DNA from: Macrostomum lignano
Lineage: Eukaryota
Direction of reading: 5' to 3'
DNA: 64,000 bases
Assembly (NCBI GenBank): GCA_002269645.1
Contig: NIVC01002882.1
Location: 1-64,000 of the forward strand
Both the position numbers and the translations under genes were made by a program. The notes beneath the pieces were generated by a model that was not told where the DNA came from, ran no database searches, and saw nothing but the letters and a program-made list of their open reading frames with translations. Shown piece after piece: positions 59,221-64,000 of this stretch (position 1 is the stretch's first letter; every line of letters starts with the position of its first letter).

Positions 59221-59425
59221 AGGTGTTGTAAAGATCCAGCCAAATGTGAGCTGTGCATGTAAGACTTTGTTTGTCTGTTTTACTATCTGATTTAACATTA
59301 CGAGCGTATTTTGATTTTGACCTTGTATTCAGCGTGATCATGGTGACTTTGCTTAAGTAATTCTCTAGAATTCTAATATCACCGTGTCGACGAGTTTTCA
59401 CCTTGAGAGGCTGGTTTCTTAGAAA
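59221..59425 (+). pseudogene. Probable relic of the Cys/His microprotein family
   Basis: RCCKDPAKCELC followed by a phase-2 AT|GTAAGA donor at 59258/59259; possible decayed exon 2 ending GGCCGCAG|GTAAGA; no in-frame ATG found. Confidence 0.35.
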
Positions 59426-60805
59426 CGGCCGCAGGTAAGATTTAGATGAAAAGCCGTAAATTAGCCGTGTGGTCACTCTTTCAAACGCCATTCGCTGGAT
59501 TTACAAGCTAGGACCATGATTTCCAATTTTCATACCTGTCTTTATTATTCTTGGCTCATTATTCAATATCAAAGTTTTGTTTAAACTATGCTAAATGGAT
59601 CCCAATTGATTTGATCGGTGATTTCATCACAAGAAATTTTTTAAACATGTTTATTCAGTTATTCAGCGACTTTCCCTGGCTACTCAACGGGCAAGGTTTT
59701 AAATACAAGCATGCAAGGGGTTTGGACTAAATTACATTATTAATAAACTAAGCTTAAACTCAACTTATAGATAAAAGTCAGTCCGAGTCCGAGATTTGTC
59801 GTTTGCCGTTCGATTATTCACCAAATTTACAAAAACTGGAGTTATTTTGATGCCATATGATTATTATTCAGGATTGCAAATTTCAAGACTTTGGCGCACA
59901 CTTCTAATCCAGTGTAAATTCCCGGATAGCGTGCACTGCAGCGCTTGCAGTCTATAAAAGTACATTCGCAGTTCTGGACGCGTAAATGCAATACGAATTA
60001 TTCTAGCTCTGTAAAGAATTTTTACGCCTTCACGGTGGGGTTGTTGCAAAGTCTAGTAAGCTCATGTGCTGCTGTCCAGAGGGACTAATAGGAACTGCCA
60101 CTTGGCGGGTTGCCAGGAACTCAAAAAGGTCAAAAACTTGTTCGCTGGTATCCTCATGCTGTTGAAAATCAAAGACGTCCCACAGACTTCTACAGAACAA
60201 CACCTATTGCTGTTCTCAATTGCAACATCTTTAGTGAACTACTTATTCAAAATTATCAATCTGAATGTATTACTCAATTCAATCCAACTCAATTTAAGAT
60301 GGCTTTCGCTGAATTCCTAAATTCGACTTAGCTTGTACAAGATTCTACTTCAGTTCTCTCGCCCTCTCTTGGATTTTGGTCTCTTTTTCTTGTGTGTTGT
60401 ACCTTGTTTTTTTCACTGAGTTTTCTATTCTCAAATCATTCTTTTCTTCCAACTATATACTTAGCTACCATGCAAGTCCTAAATTAGATTTTATGCAGGT
60501 AATGTATATTTTCAACAAACTTTGGGCAAAAAATCTGTATTTGAGTCACTGGCGTCATGCATGCAATTATCTCGTTGATGGAAAGCAGTTTTGATGCACG
60601 AAGTACATCTACTCCGCTGAAGAGTATCCAAATTCGAACTCAAGCATGGCCCTTCGCTTACTGAGCTCGTCTATAAGATTGATGAGGTACTACCTGTCAT
60701 GAATATGCATTAAGGGAGCTATCAACTATTTACGAGTAGATCTAAGGCCTTTTTCAACACTGCATTGTCCTGTATTCTATTGAAATTCATGCAGAGTCAA
60801 CCACC

Positions 60806-61952
60806 ATGAATCAGTGTTGTCATAAACCTTTTTGTTGGAACTGCTTTCAAATGTAAGTGAAGTAAATTGATAATGCTGCCATTATTTTGATACTTCTGGT
60901 TGATCTAACTACGAGCCTCTACGTAGCCTCTCAGCCTTCGACTAACGTGCCTGAGAGCTCAGAAATCAATTTTTGAGAGCTCTGGACTCCCACAACTACC
61001 AGATAGTCAGTGATAGTCAGTATCCTCACAGGTAGTTTATGTAGCATTTTCTGCTCATGTTAATCCTATGAGCTTTTAACTGATCATAGTTAGAAAATTC
61101 AAGCTTGAAAATCGACAAAAACTTTAGTCTATGGGCTCATAGACTCATGCCCATCAAGCCAGCCATCAATCAGATCATCTAAGTATGACTGAATTTTAAC
61201 TTCGATCCTGATGTTGATGCTGATGATAAGATCGAGCTGATGCGTTAGGGGAAGAGCTGATGGAGAGCTGGATGAAAGATTCCCTGTCCAGTAGCCTTGT
61301 GAGTGTCTATCTGGTTATATATGGTCATCTATGGTCATCTATGGTCATCTATGGTCATCTATGGTCATCTATGGTCATCTATGGTCATCTATGGTCATCT
61401 ATGGTCATCTATGGTCATCTATGGTCATCTATTGTCATCTAAGAGTAAGAGTCATTTAAGAGTAGAGTCAGAAGCTTGTAAGTTAGCTCATAAATCATGA
61501 TGGCCCGTCAAAAATGATGCGATTAAAAAGCACTTGCACTTGAGTTTCGAGACGGAGTAGGGCAAAATATATGAAAAAACGATTGATAATTAAAAAAAGA
61601 TCCCAATAAAAAGAGTCGCTTAATTTTCTTAATCCATTAATTTGAAATTTTCCGCTGTTTTAGGAGTCCGTCAGGCGGATGCTGCGCTCATCCAAGCGGC
61701 AGGTGTGTCTTTATGTACTATTAAACACGCTTGACTACGTAAGCAGTTGCAATTTTTACGCAATTTTCCTCTCTACATTTTGTTTCTTTTAGAGGTTGTC
61801 GCGCTAAGAGTGTAGCAACAAGCATTGTTGCTGCTGGTGGCGGTGGAGCTGCCGCTTGTGCTGCCGCTGGTGCAGTGGCTGTTGCTGCCACGCCAGTGAT
61901 AGTCGGTGGAGCTGTGGTGGCTGGAATTGCCTGCCTAATTAAGTTTATTTAA
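60806..61952 (+). CDS. Cys/His-motif microprotein copy D (81 aa, hydrophobic tail); exons 60806-60852, 61664-61702, 61793-61952
   Basis: MNQCCHKPFCWNCFQMSPSGGCCAHPSGRGCRAKSVATSIVAAGGGGAAACAAAGAVAVAATPVIVGGAVVAGIACLIKFI; CCACCATG start; phase-2 introns; exon 1 (47 nt) and exon 3 (160 nt) have the same lengths as in copy A. Confidence 0.8.
61318..61440 (+). repeat. (ATGGTCATCT)n 10-bp repeat in intron 1 of copy D
   Basis: About 12 copies. Confidence 0.92.
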
Positions 61953-62123
61953 CTAGGCCAATGTAAAGCCGACTGATTTAAACAGTACTAAAAAGTTCAT
62001 TATCGTAAACTGTGCCTAAACTCTACACGGTACTCTAAAATCTACATTTTTAATATCAACAGTGAGCAAAAGCAGTTTGAAATATTTTTGTATCATAATA
62101 ATAACAATACAAGTAATAGGGTT

Positions 62124-62280
62124 GCAGCCTAGTGGTTGGACTCGGGACTTGAAGGTCGAAAGTTCGATTCCCGAACCCACCTGGAACAATTTGTGTCCTT
62201 GAGCAAGGTACTCAACTATACATTGCTTCAGTTCACCCAGCATTAGCTTGGGTAATTGAGGGTGTGTGTGGCGACCCCCA
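62124..62280 (+). mobile_element. tRNA-derived CORE-like SINE, third copy
   Basis: CAGCCTAGTGGTT (box A), AGTTCGATTCC (box B), TGTGTCCTTGAGCAAGGTACTC...CATTGCTTCAGTTCACCCAGC. Confidence 0.8.
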
Positions 62281-62833
62281 CCAGTCAATGACTGAATCAT
62301 GGATTGAACAGACGTACGCAATTAGCTGCGCAATGTAATCAATTATTATAGTAACTACGAATATAAACATTTTGTATTAATCATTAATATGTACCATTTT
62401 TTATTCAGAATACCTTCAGCAGAATTTTGGAAGCAACGGAATTTGTTATTGACTTTGCTATCCATTGTTTTGTAATTTCTTACACACGCTGAGTATTATC
62501 TACAATTTACAAGCTGACACCGCAAAATGCTTTTTTTGTCGAAAAATCTACAAGACTGCCGCCACACTGTAATGGGTTGGATGCTTCAGATGGTTCAGAC
62601 AAAGACTGACAGTGTTACTTTTTCAATATCAAAAAGTCTTCTAACATGCATTTTGTGTAAGACCGATGGATGCGGTACAACCTGCATGTACTGCCGTGTT
62701 TTCACCAATATTGACTTCATTTAAAGAATCCTGGACCCAGCTTTGCGATGCTATTCGACCAAAGTGTTGGTGATTTGATTTCTCTACAGCGGGCAAAGGC
62801 TTCTGACAAATCACAAATAAATTCTTCAAGACC

Positions 62834-63441
62834 ATGGGCCCAGTTTCTGCACAATGCTGTCAGAAGAAAGATTGTGTCGACTGCAAGCGTATGTAAGTAA
62901 TTTTATTCAGAACTGTTAATTGGGTTTTTAGGTGCGCGGCAAGGAAGCCTCTATGTTTGTTGCTCTCCTCAAAGAGGAATTTAAGAAGACACTCAAAAGA
63001 TTCCCGTACGCTCGTAGACTTTTGAGACTAAACTTGTACACATTTAAGGCTTCGCTCCGACAAGTTGTCTTTGGTCAAGGACCTGGATCCTTTCGTGTTC
63101 CATTGACCCTGTCATGCCTCTGTAAAGCAGTTCTTTAACGTTTTGACAATTTTAGAAGAGACAACTGCAATCCGCGAGACGGATGCTGCGTACACCCGAT
63201 GGGCACGTAAGTCGCATTGTTTATCTGCGCAGAATCGCCAGCACGAAGCTCTTTCCCCTACATGCACACTGCTACTCATTTCAGAGGCTGCGAACCCGCT
63301 ACAGACGATGTTGAATGTACAATGCTGTCGGCCATTGCTGGCGATGCTACCATAGATCCTGGAGTTCCAATCGAAGAGCCAAATCTAGCGAGCAGCCGTG
63401 GAGCGGATAATGCAGCTGACATCAGCATCGATTTTATCTAG
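62834..63441 (+). CDS. Cys/His-motif microprotein copy E (88 aa, acidic tail); exons 62834-62892, 63156-63206, 63285-63441
   Basis: MGPVSAQCCQKKDCVDCKRIRDNCNPRDGCCVHPMGTGCEPATDDVECTMLSAIAGDATIDPGVPIEEPNLASSRGADNAADISIDFI; two GTAAGT phase-2 donors; intact frame. Confidence 0.8.
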
Positions 63442-64000
63442 CTGTGATCTTCGGGTCATTCTCAATGTCAGCAAAAGCTGACTGCTGACATATTTATACT
63501 TTTATATAAACTATCAATTCCTAAACAATATCTACATTTTGTTTTATTCAGAACAAATATTTTTAATAGCAAACGCTCAAAAACTAAGGTACTGGAAAAT
63601 AGGTAAGGCTAACAAAATTAGAACCCACGCATGTGCTATTTTTGGCCACATGGAAGTTTCCTGTTCTTAGCTTATACACTTTCTATCTTATGTGTACACG
63701 CACTGTAAGTGACATTGTCACACAACCGGTGAGAGACATTACTGCTCATTCCGCTGACTCCCCTGAGCAGGCACACAAGCGCGCGGATACGTACGCAGTC
63801 ATACGTACAGGCAAACACACACACAGGAGTGCACAGCGGCCCAGTGCACCAGTAAACCCAAACCTTGACTTGAATTTGGCCCAAAATTTCTTGAATTTGA
63901 CTTGACTTACACGTCACTGGCAGAGTACAAGTGCCTTGTTTGATAAAAAACATTTTCTTTTTACATTTTTTTGAAAAAGTAATCAAAGTCCTCCTATCGA

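Noticed and set aside
62932-63138. Candidate exon after the acceptor at 62931
   Set aside because: In phase 2 it reaches a stop and lacks the CC-x-H motif; the exon at 63156-63206 fits the family instead

Overview
Eukaryotic (metazoan, probably invertebrate) genomic DNA: AT-rich intergenic sequence, GT-AG introns and a very high load of micro/minisatellites, SINEs, MITEs and LINE fragments. The repeat landscape recalls the flatworm Macrostomum, which is an unverified inference. Most long ORFs in the track are artefacts of tandem repeats. Spliced gene models built by hand: UVRAG (+, 4 exons), a divergent type II pantothenate kinase-like gene (-, 4 exons), a decayed DEG/ENaC channel pseudogene (-), a 2-exon ankyrin-repeat gene resembling a bacterial family (horizontal transfer candidate), V-ATPase catalytic subunit A (-, 6 exons), a membrane-anchored JMJD8-like JmjC-TPR gene (+, 8 exons), and a C-type lectin gene plus its broken duplicate. 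The main hidden signal lies at 43-63.5 kb and is not recovered as whole genes by the ORF track. It is a dispersed cluster of five 3-exon micro-genes (plus one relic), all with two phase-2 introns. They encode 37-88 aa proteins sharing CC-x4-C-x2-C ... CC-x-H-x5-C, followed by either a Gly/Ala-rich hydrophobic tail or a fast-diverging acidic tail. I do not recognise this family.
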